Shown here: piece by piece, positions 51,581-61,009 of the stretch
Position numbering within the stretch: position 1 is the first letter of the stretch
How the letters are laid out: the number at the start of each line of letters is the position of its first letter
From: a candidate division FCPU426 bacterium
GTDB taxonomy: Bacteria; Oederibacteriota; Muellerivitia; Muellerivitales; Muellerivitaceae
Direction: 5' to 3'
Length of the DNA stretch: 64,000 bases
NCBI GenBank assembly: GCA_963796105.1
Contig: CAWCKJ010000003.1
Location: 704,001-768,000 of the forward strand
The notes under the pieces: generated by a model
What the model was told of the DNA's origin: nothing
Databases searched by the model: none
Seen by the model: only the letters and a program-made list of their open reading frames with translations
Made by a program: the position numbers and the translations under genes

Positions 51581-51933
51581 CGGGTTACCGCGGAAAGCTT
51601 GTCGAGCTGCGTTCCTTCCACGGGCAATCCGGCCCCATTCCATTCGGCGATCCCTCCCGGATAATTCTCGGCGTTGAAATCATGGTCCCGGAGGATCTTG
51701 GCGGCGTTGGCCCCGGCCGCGCAGGTGAAATCGTTGCTATAGGTGATCAATAACCTGTTCTTCCCGAACAGTCTCTCGGCTTCCTGGGCGAAAGTCCCGT
51801 AGTCCTGGAGCAATGGAAGGCTGTGCGAGCCCAGGATATGGAGTTTTTGGAACTCGGCCTCCGGAAGGACGTTCAAGACCACCCCATTGGTTTTCTTCAT
51901 TTTTTCCAGCAATGCTTCCTTGGTGAGCGGCAT
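51577..51933 (-). CDS. rhodanese-like protein (loop YSNDFTC)
   Basis: LNVLP..EF...HI.GS and YPGGIAEW..AGLP. Confidence 0.85.
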   Translation of the reverse strand: MPLTKEALLEKMKKTNGVVLNVLPEAEFQKLHILGSHSLPLLQDYGTFAQEAERLFGKNRLLITYSNDFTCAAGANAAKILRDHDFNAENYPGGIAEWNGAGLPVEGTQLDKLSAVTR

Positions 51934-52035
51934 CCTAAGCCTCTTTCTTTGTCAAAGTTAAGTCCGGCATGTAAAATCCGCGCGGGATGGGTTTTACCAG
52001 CTTCCCATCCCGGACGGACTCCCCTTCCTTCTACC

Positions 52036-52491
52036 TCACTCAAACCCATAGAACGAATAGGGGATTTGCTTGGAATCCAGCACGGTGCTGTTCACGAAAA
52101 CATTTCCCATCGTACTGTCGTACAACCAACCAGTTCCATTCGCTGTTGGGACTGAAACCATGGTCGTCATCGACACAATGGCTCCCGCCGGGCTGGTGGA
52201 GCCCACCACAAACGCCCCCGTCACCTTCACCGGAGAAATGTTGTCCAGGTATTTGCTGAAGGAGTAACCGCTGAACGACTGCAAAGTCGTCGGCCAGATT
52301 CCCTGCGCGTCCCCGTAATAGATCGAGGCCGCGGACTTTAAGCTGCCCAAATTACCTTTCGTGGACCCTTCCCTCGCCTTTTCCAGCATCTGGGCGAAAC
52401 GCGGAATCGCGATGGCCGCCAAGATTCCGATGATCGCGACCACGATCATCAGCTCGATCAACGTAAACCCTTTCATCTTTAACCGGTTCAT
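52036..52491 (-). CDS. type IV pilin-like protein
   Basis: KG|FTLIELMIVVAIIGILAAIAIP prepilin motif; AGGAGG RBS. Confidence 0.85.
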   Translation of the reverse strand: MNRLKMKGFTLIELMIVVAIIGILAAIAIPRFAQMLEKAREGSTKGNLGSLKSAASIYYGDAQGIWPTTLQSFSGYSFSKYLDNISPVKVTGAFVVGSTSPAGAIVSMTTMVSVPTANGTGWLYDSTMGNVFVNSTVLDSKQIPYSFYGFE

Positions 52492-52610
52492 ACTCATCCT
52501 CCTGAAGATAAATGAACAAAACCTTAAAACAGCCGGCTTACTTTTCTCGGTTCCAACATTTTTTTCAACTCACCGGCGCCCGATTCCGCCGGATCGGGCG
52601 CCCGAACCCA

Positions 52611-52976
52611 TCAGTTCGCGGCCGCGTGGGCCGCTAACGGGGCTTGCGCTTCGGTTCCCTCGGTAGGGTAACCCGCGTTCGACCACTCCTCGGTGCCGCC
52701 CTTGAAGTCATTGGCCTTGAAACCTTTCCTCTGCAGGGCCTTGGCCGCGTTGGGACCCGCGTTACAGGTCAATCCGGCGCAATAAGTGATGAAGAACTTG
52801 TCCTTCCCGTACTTCTTCTCGACCGCCTGGACGAAATCGTCGTCCTTGAGCCCCATCGGAAGGTTATCGGAGCCCTTGATATGGAGCTTCGCGTAATCAC
52901 TTTCCGGCAGGACATTCAATACCACGACGTTCCCATCCATCATCTTGTCCCTCACGGCTTCTTTCGACATTCCCAT
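52611..52976 (-). CDS. rhodanese-like protein (loop YCAGLTC)
   Basis: LNVLP...HIKGS and FKGGTEEW..AGYP; paralog of 51577-51933. Confidence 0.85.
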   Translation of the reverse strand: MGMSKEAVRDKMMDGNVVVLNVLPESDYAKLHIKGSDNLPMGLKDDDFVQAVEKKYGKDKFFITYCAGLTCNAGPNAAKALQRKGFKANDFKGGTEEWSNAGYPTEGTEAQAPLAAHAAAN

Positions 52977-53015
52977 GCTGACACCCCTTTGGTTTTTGCT
53001 TCTGATACCAGGTAA

Positions 53016-53031
53016 AGCAAGTTCCATACCG
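53016..53031 (-). promoter_or_regulatory. sigma54 -24/-12 promoter (leftward)
   Basis: CGGTATGGAACTTGCT (GG-N10-GC), 40 nt before the rhodanese ATG. Confidence 0.65.
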
Positions 53032-53085
53032 GGCGGGAAACGGGGAAATCCCAGCTTTTGATTCTTAAAATACCCGGAGAGGCCG

Positions 53086-53117
53086 ATCAAAATGATCTTC
53101 CGGGCTATCATTTTGAT
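53086..53117. promoter_or_regulatory. probable enhancer (UAS) inverted repeat
   Basis: ATCAAAATGAT-N10-ATCATTTTGAT, a perfect 11-bp inverted repeat between the two sigma54 sites. Confidence 0.6.
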
Positions 53118-53181
53118 TCCCACTGGAAGACTCCAGGTCAGCCCGACCGCCAAATCACGCGGTTCGAGGCCTTCCCTGCCG

Positions 53182-53197
53182 TGGCTTGCTTCTTGCT
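53182..53197 (+). promoter_or_regulatory. sigma54 -24/-12 promoter (rightward)
   Basis: TGGCTTGCTTCTTGCT (GG-N10-GC) upstream of the DUF2934 gene. Confidence 0.7.
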
Positions 53198-53262
53198 TTA
53201 CCTATCCTCAGCCGTTCCCAGCGAAACCGGCTTAAGCTCAATTCGCGGTGAAGGAATTTCCC

Positions 53263-53442
53263 ATGGCCAAGGCCAAAACAGCCCAGTTGCCCCCCCTCAA
53301 AACCGGGGATGAAATCAAAAAAAATATCGAGGACGCCGCTTTTTACAGCTGGTTGAACCGCGGCCGTTACGCCCAGGTAGGGGATGAGTTGAGCGATTGG
53401 ATCGACGCGGAGAAGAAGGTGCGCGCGGCGTCCTTAAGGTAA
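53263..53442 (+). CDS. DUF2934-like small protein
   Basis: IEDAAFYSWLNRG...GDELSDWIDAE pattern; AAGGA RBS. Confidence 0.75.
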   Translation: MAKAKTAQLPPLKTGDEIKKNIEDAAFYSWLNRGRYAQVGDELSDWIDAEKKVRAASLR

Positions 53443-53534
53443 CCATGCTTATCCCTCCCGGACGATACAAAAATCCCGCTTCTTGTGACACCGTGAAAAT
53501 CCAGGCCCTGCTTGCCCATATCAACGGAGAAAAC

Positions 53535-53897
53535 ATGAAAAACCTATCGGTGGACATTTCGGAATACCCCCCCGACAAAAGCATCACCCTTTTGACCGTC
53601 AAGGGGTACATCGATACCACCACGGGCCCTGAATTCGAGAAAAGTTTCAGGTCGGCCTTGGGCGCAAAAATAACCAAAATGATGATCGACTTGAGGGACG
53701 TGGATTACATCAGCAGCGCCGGCTGGGGCGTCTTTATCAGCGAAATCAGGAAGATCCGGGAGCAAAAAGGGGATTTGGTCCTGGTGGGGATGAAACCCAG
53801 TGTTTTGGACGTGTTCGAGATGCTGCAATTCAACAGCATATTGAAATCTTTTCCCACCCTTATTTCAGCGGTTAAAAAGAGCTTCGGAAATTCCTGA
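53535..53897 (+). CDS. STAS domain anti-sigma factor antagonist
   Basis: VKGYID, IDLRDVDYISSAGWGV. Confidence 0.88.
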   Translation: MKNLSVDISEYPPDKSITLLTVKGYIDTTTGPEFEKSFRSALGAKITKMMIDLRDVDYISSAGWGVFISEIRKIREQKGDLVLVGMKPSVLDVFEMLQFNSILKSFPTLISAVKKSFGNS

Positions 53898-53925
53898 CCA
53901 CGTCCATCGCGGCGGAGGGGAAAAT

Positions 53926-54624
53926 ATGATTACCATTAGAAGGTCCGGCGAACGCCGTTTCATCGCCAACGACAACCAAAAGACCCGGATGACCTTCGAC
54001 CCTGAAAACCCGGCCGATCCCATCGGAAACGGTTTCGGGGCGCTGAGGATCTTTAACGAGGAGGTCCTCAAACCGGGCAGGGCTTTCCTGCTCCACACTC
54101 CCAAGGAGGCGGTGATCGTGACCTACGTGCACGAGGGCGTGGTGATCTATTACGGCCCGCTGGATAAAAACACGCTTCTGAGGCCGGGGAGTTTCCACCG
54201 GATCAAGGCGCAGCCTGGCGCTGAGCATTACCTGGCGGGCGCCTCCACCACCGATGACGCGCGCGTCTTCCGGGGAGAGTTCGCCCCCGGCACCGGCTTG
54301 ATGGAGCCTGAGGGAAGGAAGAAGCACTTTACCCTCGCCGAGCGCAAGGGAGTCCTTAAACTCATCGCCTCCCCCGACGGGAAGGAGGCTTCGCTCAAGC
54401 TCCAGCAGGATGTCGAGATGTATTCCACCCTGTTGAACGAGGGAAACCACATGATTCACGAGTTGAAGCCCGGGAGGCGCGCCTGGCTTCACGTAGTAAA
54501 GGGCGCAATCAGACTGGGCGGACTGGACCTGAAAACGGGGGATGGGGCGGGTTTCACGGATGTAATGGGAGTGTCCTTCACGGCCCAAGAGCCTTCCGAA
54601 ATCCTTCTTTTCGACCTGGCTTGA
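53926..54624 (+). CDS. pirin family (YhhW-like) protein with degenerate metal site
   Basis: GFGALRIFNEE, LIASPDG..S, RRAWLHVVKG, EILLFDLA. Confidence 0.82.
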   Translation: MITIRRSGERRFIANDNQKTRMTFDPENPADPIGNGFGALRIFNEEVLKPGRAFLLHTPKEAVIVTYVHEGVVIYYGPLDKNTLLRPGSFHRIKAQPGAEHYLAGASTTDDARVFRGEFAPGTGLMEPEGRKKHFTLAERKGVLKLIASPDGKEASLKLQQDVEMYSTLLNEGNHMIHELKPGRRAWLHVVKGAIRLGGLDLKTGDGAGFTDVMGVSFTAQEPSEILLFDLA

Positions 54625-54786
54625 TGTTTAATAAGCCTAAATCTCCACCACAGCGGCGCTTCGCGCCGCGCAGTAAGGCGTTTAAATCCGCTTGTTAGCG
54701 GAACTTTTCCCTTATTTTTAACGGCCAATCATTTCGTTCAATTCTTACTGTGGTTCCATCGGAACCCGTGGTGAAACTGTTTCTTT

Positions 54787-56415
54787 CTAGGCCTTATCCG
54801 GTTCCAACAGCTTGTACGCCTTGAGCTTCCGGTAAAGCGTGGCCACACCCACACCCATCAAATCCGCCGCTTTCCTCCGGTTTCCCACCGTTTTTTCCAG
54901 GGCGCCCAGGATGCAATCCCTCTCCACGTCCCTCAACAACCGGGGGGTTCCCTGGCCCGAGACAAGCGGGGTTTCCTGGAGCACTTGGGGGGGAAGATCC
55001 TCGAGATCGACCCGGTTGGTTTTGGCAACCGCGACCGCGCGCTCCATGGCGTTGGCCAGCTCCCTGACGTTGCCTGGCCACGAGTAGCCGAGCAATTGAT
55101 CCGCCGCGGGGGAGGTCAGGCCGTCCACGGGCCTCTTCATGTAAACCGCTGATTCCGCGAGAAGAAGGCGCGCGAGTGGAAGGATGTCCTCCCGGCGCAG
55201 GCGTAACGGCGGGACGGCCAATTCCACGACATTCAGGCGGTAATAAAGGTCCTCCCGGAACCTTTTTCCAGCCACCTCGGCCTTGAGATCCTTGTTGGTG
55301 GCGCTCACGATGCGCACGTTGACGGAGCGGTTCTTGTTCTCGCCCACGCGCCTGACTTCCCTCTCCTGGATCGCCCTGAGGAGCTTCACCTGCATGGGAA
55401 GCGTGATCTCGCCGACCTCGTCCAGGAAAAGCGTCCCGCCGTTGGCCGCCTCGAAGAGCCCCGGCCTATCCGCCGTGGCGCCGGTGAAGGCCCCCCTGGC
55501 GTGGCCGAACAACTCGCTTTCCAGGAGCGTCTCGGTGATGGCCCCGCAATTGACCGCGATAAAGGGTCCGGCCGCGTGGGCCGAGTGGTCGTGCACGAAG
55601 CGCGCCACGCGCTCCTTCCCCGTGCCGCTCTCACCCGTGATGAGCACCGTCGAGTCGATGGCGGAGATGGTCTTGGCGAGTTCCATCAGCTTGCGCATCC
55701 CGGGGCTTCTCGCCATGAGTTCCGCGGGGTCCTCCTCGTTCTTGGCGATGACCGCCAGCTTGCGCGTCCTCTCGTTCAACTCGCTTTCGGTGCGCTTCAG
55801 CCTCGTGGTGACGTCCCTCAAGGCGTCGTCGATCCCGGCCCTCTTGAAGACCGCCAGCTCGCCCTCGACCTCGCCCCCCCATTCCGCCTCGGACTTGATC
55901 ACCACATGGCAGGCCGTGTCGCCCTTCCCGATGCATCTGTCCTCCAGGGCGTACATTTCCTGGTCCAGGACGAAGCTCAAGTAACCGCTGAGGATCCCGC
56001 AAAGGTTCCAGCAGACCGGCTTGTCGGAGCGGCCCTTCAGGAGCAGGTGCTGTTCAGCCTCGTAGGAAACGCGCCAGGTCCCGCCCTCGGGCCCGAAGGC
56101 GCCGGGGCTGTCCGGATCAAGCATGAAAAGGCCCTGCAGGGCCAGGACGCGGGCCCCGGCCATCCGCCAATCGTCCGGGCTTTCCCACTTGAACTTTGAT
56201 TTCATGGCCATCGCCAACCGCCTGCCGTGGATGTACCCGAACCGGCTGAGGATTCCCCTGGCGGTCCTCTCCCCCAGGGTATCGATGAGCTCGCCGCGGA
56301 GCAGGCCCAGGGCCAGGGCGTCGATAATCAGGGCCCTCTGGCCCGAGAAATGAACCATTCCCCCGGAGGGGTCCAGTTCCAGCAGTTCTTTCAAGTCGAG
56401 ATCTTCCAGGCGCAT
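54787..56415 (-). CDS. sigma54-dependent activator with XylR-N/V4R sensor, AAA+ and Fis-type HTH
   Basis: GESGTGKE, ESELFGH..GAFTGA, FLDEVG, WPGNVREL, TLYRKL; V4R E..C....D..C; AAGGAG RBS. Confidence 0.92.
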   Translation of the reverse strand: MRLEDLDLKELLELDPSGGMVHFSGQRALIIDALALGLLRGELIDTLGERTARGILSRFGYIHGRRLAMAMKSKFKWESPDDWRMAGARVLALQGLFMLDPDSPGAFGPEGGTWRVSYEAEQHLLLKGRSDKPVCWNLCGILSGYLSFVLDQEMYALEDRCIGKGDTACHVVIKSEAEWGGEVEGELAVFKRAGIDDALRDVTTRLKRTESELNERTRKLAVIAKNEEDPAELMARSPGMRKLMELAKTISAIDSTVLITGESGTGKERVARFVHDHSAHAAGPFIAVNCGAITETLLESELFGHARGAFTGATADRPGLFEAANGGTLFLDEVGEITLPMQVKLLRAIQEREVRRVGENKNRSVNVRIVSATNKDLKAEVAGKRFREDLYYRLNVVELAVPPLRLRREDILPLARLLLAESAVYMKRPVDGLTSPAADQLLGYSWPGNVRELANAMERAVAVAKTNRVDLEDLPPQVLQETPLVSGQGTPRLLRDVERDCILGALEKTVGNRRKAADLMGVGVATLYRKLKAYKLLEPDKA

Positions 56416-56683
56416 AAAGGCTCCTTGACGGAAAGCCCATTTCAAGTGAATGGACAGATGAGGGGTTTTAAGGCCGAGTGGGTTGAACCAAATGGAGGCG
56501 GGAGCTTGGTTCGGATTCAAAAAGGACATTCGCCGGGGCCAGAACCGGGCCAACAACACCCGATCAATATGATTGTACTCCCCTTTGGACTGTTAAAACG
56601 ATAGGCCCGCTAGTTTATTTCCCGTTTTCCGGCGGCAAACCTGTCAATTTGAGCGGTTACCAGTGAATGAAAGGCGCGTTTCA

Positions 56684-57643
56684 TCAAGCGGAATCTCTTC
56701 CATGCTCATCCAGCCAGCATAAGATCCGCTGGATTGATCCGGTGGCAAGCGCGATGCTGGTATCCGCCGCGCCGTAATAAAGATAAATCGTATCCCCGTC
56801 TTCCCCAATGGTCTGGCCGCAGGGAAACACCACGTTCCCCACATCCCCATTCTTTTCGTAAGGAGCCTCAGGGCTGAAAATCCACGAATCGCCCCGGAGC
56901 AGGCATTGCTCCGGCTTATCCAGGGCCATCAAGGCCGCGCCCAGGCGGTAAATGCATCCCGAAGCCGTCTGCCGGACCCCGTGGTAAAGCATCAGCCATC
57001 CCCTGGGCGTCTCGACCAAGGGCCCCGCCAGGCCGACCTTGTTCGCGTCCCACCAAGAGCCCCGCCGCGCGGCCAAGGCAAGCTTGTGATTGCCCCAATT
57101 CTGCAGGTCCGGCGAATAGGATAACCATATATGGGCCCCCGAGTCGGTCGTGGGGCGGTGGAGGAGGGCGTAACTGCCGTCAACGCGCTTTGGCAACAGG
57201 GCCGCGTCCTTGTCGTCCGGCTGCATGACCAATCCGTAGCGCTTGAAGTTCCGGAAATCCGAGGTTTCCGCCAGGGCCACCCCCGGCCCCCCTTTGCTGA
57301 AGGCGGTATAGGCAACGAGATAATTGCCCGTTTCCTCCAGGTAGGTAATCCTCGGGTCCTCGAGTCCCCAGAGTTCCTCAGGGTGTTCCTTGGGTTCGGG
57401 GAGGAGGGTGGGTTTTTCGTCGATCACCCAGCCGTCGATCCCGTTTTTCGAGCGGGCCGCGCAAAAGTGCGACTGCCCGCGGCGGTCCTCCACCCTGCAA
57501 AGCAGGAGCGTCGTGGAGTCCTTCAGGCGCGTCACGCCCGGATTGAAGACCGTGTGGGCCGGATAGGGCCAGTCGGCCGCCGTTAAGATGGGGTTTTTCG
57601 CGTGCCGGTTGAACAAAATCTCGTAGCCTTTGCTTGGTGCCAT
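56684..57643 (-). CDS. GH130 family glycosidase/phosphorylase
   Basis: NPIL, VFNPG, GLEDPRI, DKDAAL, LHRP, YHGV, NVVFPCG, YYGAAD. Confidence 0.9.
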   Translation of the reverse strand: MAPSKGYEILFNRHAKNPILTAADWPYPAHTVFNPGVTRLKDSTTLLLCRVEDRRGQSHFCAARSKNGIDGWVIDEKPTLLPEPKEHPEELWGLEDPRITYLEETGNYLVAYTAFSKGGPGVALAETSDFRNFKRYGLVMQPDDKDAALLPKRVDGSYALLHRPTTDSGAHIWLSYSPDLQNWGNHKLALAARRGSWWDANKVGLAGPLVETPRGWLMLYHGVRQTASGCIYRLGAALMALDKPEQCLLRGDSWIFSPEAPYEKNGDVGNVVFPCGQTIGEDGDTIYLYYGAADTSIALATGSIQRILCWLDEHGRDSA

Positions 57644-57686
57644 TGTTTCGTCTCCCTTTTAAATCATTTCTTTGTGTGAAAATTCA

Positions 57687-60032
57687 TTACTTGTCATTGC
57701 TTCGCCGGCCTGCCCTGAGCGACCGAATAGAGTCGAAGGGTTTCGCCCCGCCGGTGCCGTCGGCGGATTGCATCTCGCATAGCGCGAGCAGGAAGGAGAG
57801 CATCGATTCGGCGCCCTGGTTCTCGTTCACCCTGTCTGAATGAAGCCCGTCACAGCACCCGCCGGTCGTGACGTCATAGAGGGGTTGCTGTAACTGGTTT
57901 TCACCCAGGAACCAGTTGAAGGCCCGGCGCGCCCTCTCCATCCACTGGGCGTCTCCCGTGACCCGGCGAGCCTCCAGGCAGGCCGAGACCATCCCGCAGG
58001 CTTCCACGGGCTGCTGGTCGAAGGCCGCCTTGGGACCGCCCCTCGGGTAAAATCCGTTCGAGCCCACCGGCGCGAAATCGCCGTCCTCCGAGCGCTGGAT
58101 GGAAACCAGCCAGGAGAGCGATTCCAGGCCGGCCTCGATCATGGCCTTTTCCTCCATCCAGCTACCCGAGACGATCAAGGCCTGGGAAAGCCGCGCGTTG
58201 CAGTAGGTCACCTTGTCCTCGAACCAGGGCCAGTCCTCTTTCCGGGCGCGCTGGTAAAGCCCCAAAAGCCTCTCCGCGATGGTTTTCCTCACCGATTGCA
58301 CCCCCCGGTCCCCCTCGAAGGCGCGCAGGTACTCGTCGATTCCCAGGAGCGTGAAGGCCCAGGCGCGGGGGCTGGAAAAGCCCTCCACCGCCGGCAGGGC
58401 CGCGTGAAGGAGCCCGCTGCTTAAGCTCAGGCGCCCCGGGTCAAAAGCCCTTCCCACCACGCTCCCCAGCGCCCAGAGGGCCCGTCCGTGGCTTTCCTCG
58501 GAACCGCACGCCTCCTCCCATTGCCGGGAGTAGGGCAGGAAATTGCGGAACCTCCCCTTCCCCGGGTTGAAGGCGTGGTTCACGAAAGCCAGGTACCGGA
58601 AAGCCAGCGCCCGCGTTTCCTTGCCGTCGGTAATGTGGGCGTCGTCAATGAGGGTCATCAGGAGCAGGGCCCGGGCGTTGTCGTCCAGGCAGTAGCCGTC
58701 CTCGTAGCGCGGGATGCTGAATGCCGCGTGCTGGAGCAATCCGGTCCCGTCCGTCATGAGCCGGAGGTGCTCCAGGTTGATCTCGGGCCAATCGACGGGC
58801 CTCTCCACGAGCGTCCTAGCCTGGAACACGGACTTGAGCCTGGCCGCATGCCCGGAGCGGGCCTGGTCGAAACTTTTCAAATAGCGTTTTCCCACGGCGC
58901 TCCAGAGCATTTCCTTTCCCAGGTCGGCGGCGCGGCGTCTCATGGCGAGCCTCTTGGCGTCATCGGAAAGAAGGTCGTTCACGGCTGTCGCGATGGCGCC
59001 CGGGTCCTTCCAGGGAACCAGGACTCCCCTTCCATCCGCGAGAAGCTCGCTGGCGTGCCAGTAGGGCGTGGAGATGACCGCGCGGCCGGAACCCAAGGCG
59101 TAGGCCAGGGTGCCGGAAGTGGTTTGTTCCTTATTAAGGTAGGGGGTGACGTAGATGTCGGCTGCGGAAAGGAATTCGGTGAGTTCCTCCTGGCTGACGA
59201 ACCGGTTGTGGAAAATGATGTTCGATTCCACTCCCAGCTTTTTGGCGCGGTTTTCCAGCCCCAGCCGGTACATTTCCCCGTTGTGGGCCTTGACGTGGGG
59301 ATGGGTGGCGCCCAGAACGATATAAACCGCGTCCGGGTGCCTGGCCAGGATGGCCGGCAAAGCCTCGATGACGTTCTCAATCCCCTTGTCCGGCGAGAGC
59401 AGCCCGAAGGTAAGAAGCACTTTCTTCCCCTCCACTCCCAGCCGGTCCTTATTCGCGCAGTCAAAAGGCACGGTAGGGATGCCGTGAGGGATCAGGTCGA
59501 TCTTTTGGGCGGGAACCCCATGGACCTCCTGGAGGGTGGCGGCGCCGTGCGCCGTCATGACGATGATCCGTTCGGAAAGGCGGGTGATCTCGTCCAAAAC
59601 GGCCCTTTGCAGCTCGTTGGGATTGGTCAGGATGGTGTGGAGGGTCGTGACGATGGGCATCCGGAGCTCCCGCAGGAGCGCCAACAAATGGCCCCCGGCT
59701 TTCCCGCCGAAAATCCCGAATTCGTGCTGGAGGCACAGCACATCCACGGTGTTCACGTTCAGGAAATCCGCGGCCCGCCGATAGGACGCCTGGTCGCTTT
59801 CCGCCAATTCGAAACGCACACGGCCGGGGTAGGAGTAACGCCTCTCCCCGTCGTTCATGGCCAGGACAAAGAGGTCCAGCCCGGGAAATTGGCCTTGGAT
59901 GGCGTCGCCGAGGTCGGAGGTAAAGGTGGCGATACCGCAAAGGCGCGGGAGATGGCTTCCCAGCATGGCTATCTTGCGGACGGCCTTGGGAACTGCGGGT
60001 AGGTTGATGGATCCTCCGACTGCCTGGGCCAT
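57687..60032 (-). CDS. GT4 glycosyltransferase fused to a C-terminal alpha-helical glycosidase-like domain
   Basis: CGIATFT, QHEFGIFGG, TSGTLAYA, then YCLDDNARAL, FDQQPVEA, NQGAES. Start uncertain. Confidence 0.88.
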   Translation of the reverse strand: MAQAVGGSINLPAVPKAVRKIAMLGSHLPRLCGIATFTSDLGDAIQGQFPGLDLFVLAMNDGERRYSYPGRVRFELAESDQASYRRAADFLNVNTVDVLCLQHEFGIFGGKAGGHLLALLRELRMPIVTTLHTILTNPNELQRAVLDEITRLSERIIVMTAHGAATLQEVHGVPAQKIDLIPHGIPTVPFDCANKDRLGVEGKKVLLTFGLLSPDKGIENVIEALPAILARHPDAVYIVLGATHPHVKAHNGEMYRLGLENRAKKLGVESNIIFHNRFVSQEELTEFLSAADIYVTPYLNKEQTTSGTLAYALGSGRAVISTPYWHASELLADGRGVLVPWKDPGAIATAVNDLLSDDAKRLAMRRRAADLGKEMLWSAVGKRYLKSFDQARSGHAARLKSVFQARTLVERPVDWPEINLEHLRLMTDGTGLLQHAAFSIPRYEDGYCLDDNARALLLMTLIDDAHITDGKETRALAFRYLAFVNHAFNPGKGRFRNFLPYSRQWEEACGSEESHGRALWALGSVVGRAFDPGRLSLSSGLLHAALPAVEGFSSPRAWAFTLLGIDEYLRAFEGDRGVQSVRKTIAERLLGLYQRARKEDWPWFEDKVTYCNARLSQALIVSGSWMEEKAMIEAGLESLSWLVSIQRSEDGDFAPVGSNGFYPRGGPKAAFDQQPVEACGMVSACLEARRVTGDAQWMERARRAFNWFLGENQLQQPLYDVTTGGCCDGLHSDRVNENQGAESMLSFLLALCEMQSADGTGGAKPFDSIRSLRAGRRSNDK

Positions 60033-60179
60033 CCCGAAGGAGGATCGCCGACGGCGACACCACTCTATCACCTGTTGATGGGATAAGAAGCAAGTGTTTT
60101 CAAAAGGTTTTAATTTACCGGGATTTAACCTGCCATTGATGGATAAATAACGCCTGAAATCTAATATTTTATTCAACCA

Positions 60180-60893
60180 ATGGCCAGAGCCGACTTACAC
60201 CTACACACTGACTTCTCCGACGGGCTTCACACCCCGCGCCAGGTCGTCCAATCGGCCTCCAGGGCCGGCCTCCAAATCATTGCCGTCACCGACCACGACA
60301 CCATGGAAGGCGCCTTCCGCGCCCAAGAATACGCCCGCAAGCGCCCGGACCTGGGGGTGGAGGTGGTCCTCGGGGAGGAAGTCAGCTCCGTGAACGGCCA
60401 TATCATCGGGATCTTCCTGGAAAAGTTCATCCCCGCCCGCTTGACGGCCAAGCGGACCGTGGAACTCATCCACCAGCAGGGGGGCATCGCGATCCTAGCC
60501 CATCCCTTCCATATTTACACCGGCAGGTCCAAGGCGGAACCCCGGGCCATCGAGTTGATGGATGATATCCCCTTCGACGGCGTGGAAACGATCAACCACG
60601 GGGATGCCCTTTCCTTTTGGTCGAACCGCAAAGCCCTCAAGGCCCTTTCCAACCGCCCCCGCGTCGCCCACATCGGTTGCAGCGACGCCCACAACGCGAG
60701 ATTCATCGGAATGGGATACACCGAATTTGTCGGAATCACGGCGGAGGACCTGAAGGACTCCATCTTGAAAAAGCAAACCGTGGCCTGTTACAACCGCACT
60801 TGGGGGATGAAGGACATCCTCATCTTCCTGAAAAATTCCGCCCCTGTCCTGAGGCGTTATGTCAGGAAAAAAACCGAACTCGCGCGCACTTGA
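60180..60893 (+). CDS. PHP domain phosphoesterase
   Basis: DLHLHT..SDG, VTDHD, GEE, AHP, SDAH. Confidence 0.88.
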   Translation: MARADLHLHTDFSDGLHTPRQVVQSASRAGLQIIAVTDHDTMEGAFRAQEYARKRPDLGVEVVLGEEVSSVNGHIIGIFLEKFIPARLTAKRTVELIHQQGGIAILAHPFHIYTGRSKAEPRAIELMDDIPFDGVETINHGDALSFWSNRKALKALSNRPRVAHIGCSDAHNARFIGMGYTEFVGITAEDLKDSILKKQTVACYNRTWGMKDILIFLKNSAPVLRRYVRKKTELART

Positions 60894-61009
60894 TAGGACA
60901 ATTTTAAATTCTCAATTTTAAGTTTTAAATTTTCAAGGATACCCGTCTGAATTCGGGCCGAAATTTAGGATTCAACATTTAAAATTCAAAATTGCGCCTT
61001 CGGCGCCCG

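Noticed and set aside
58488..60002. 504-aa + strand ORF
   Set aside because: Antisense to the well-supported GT4 gene; typical of GC-rich codon bias.
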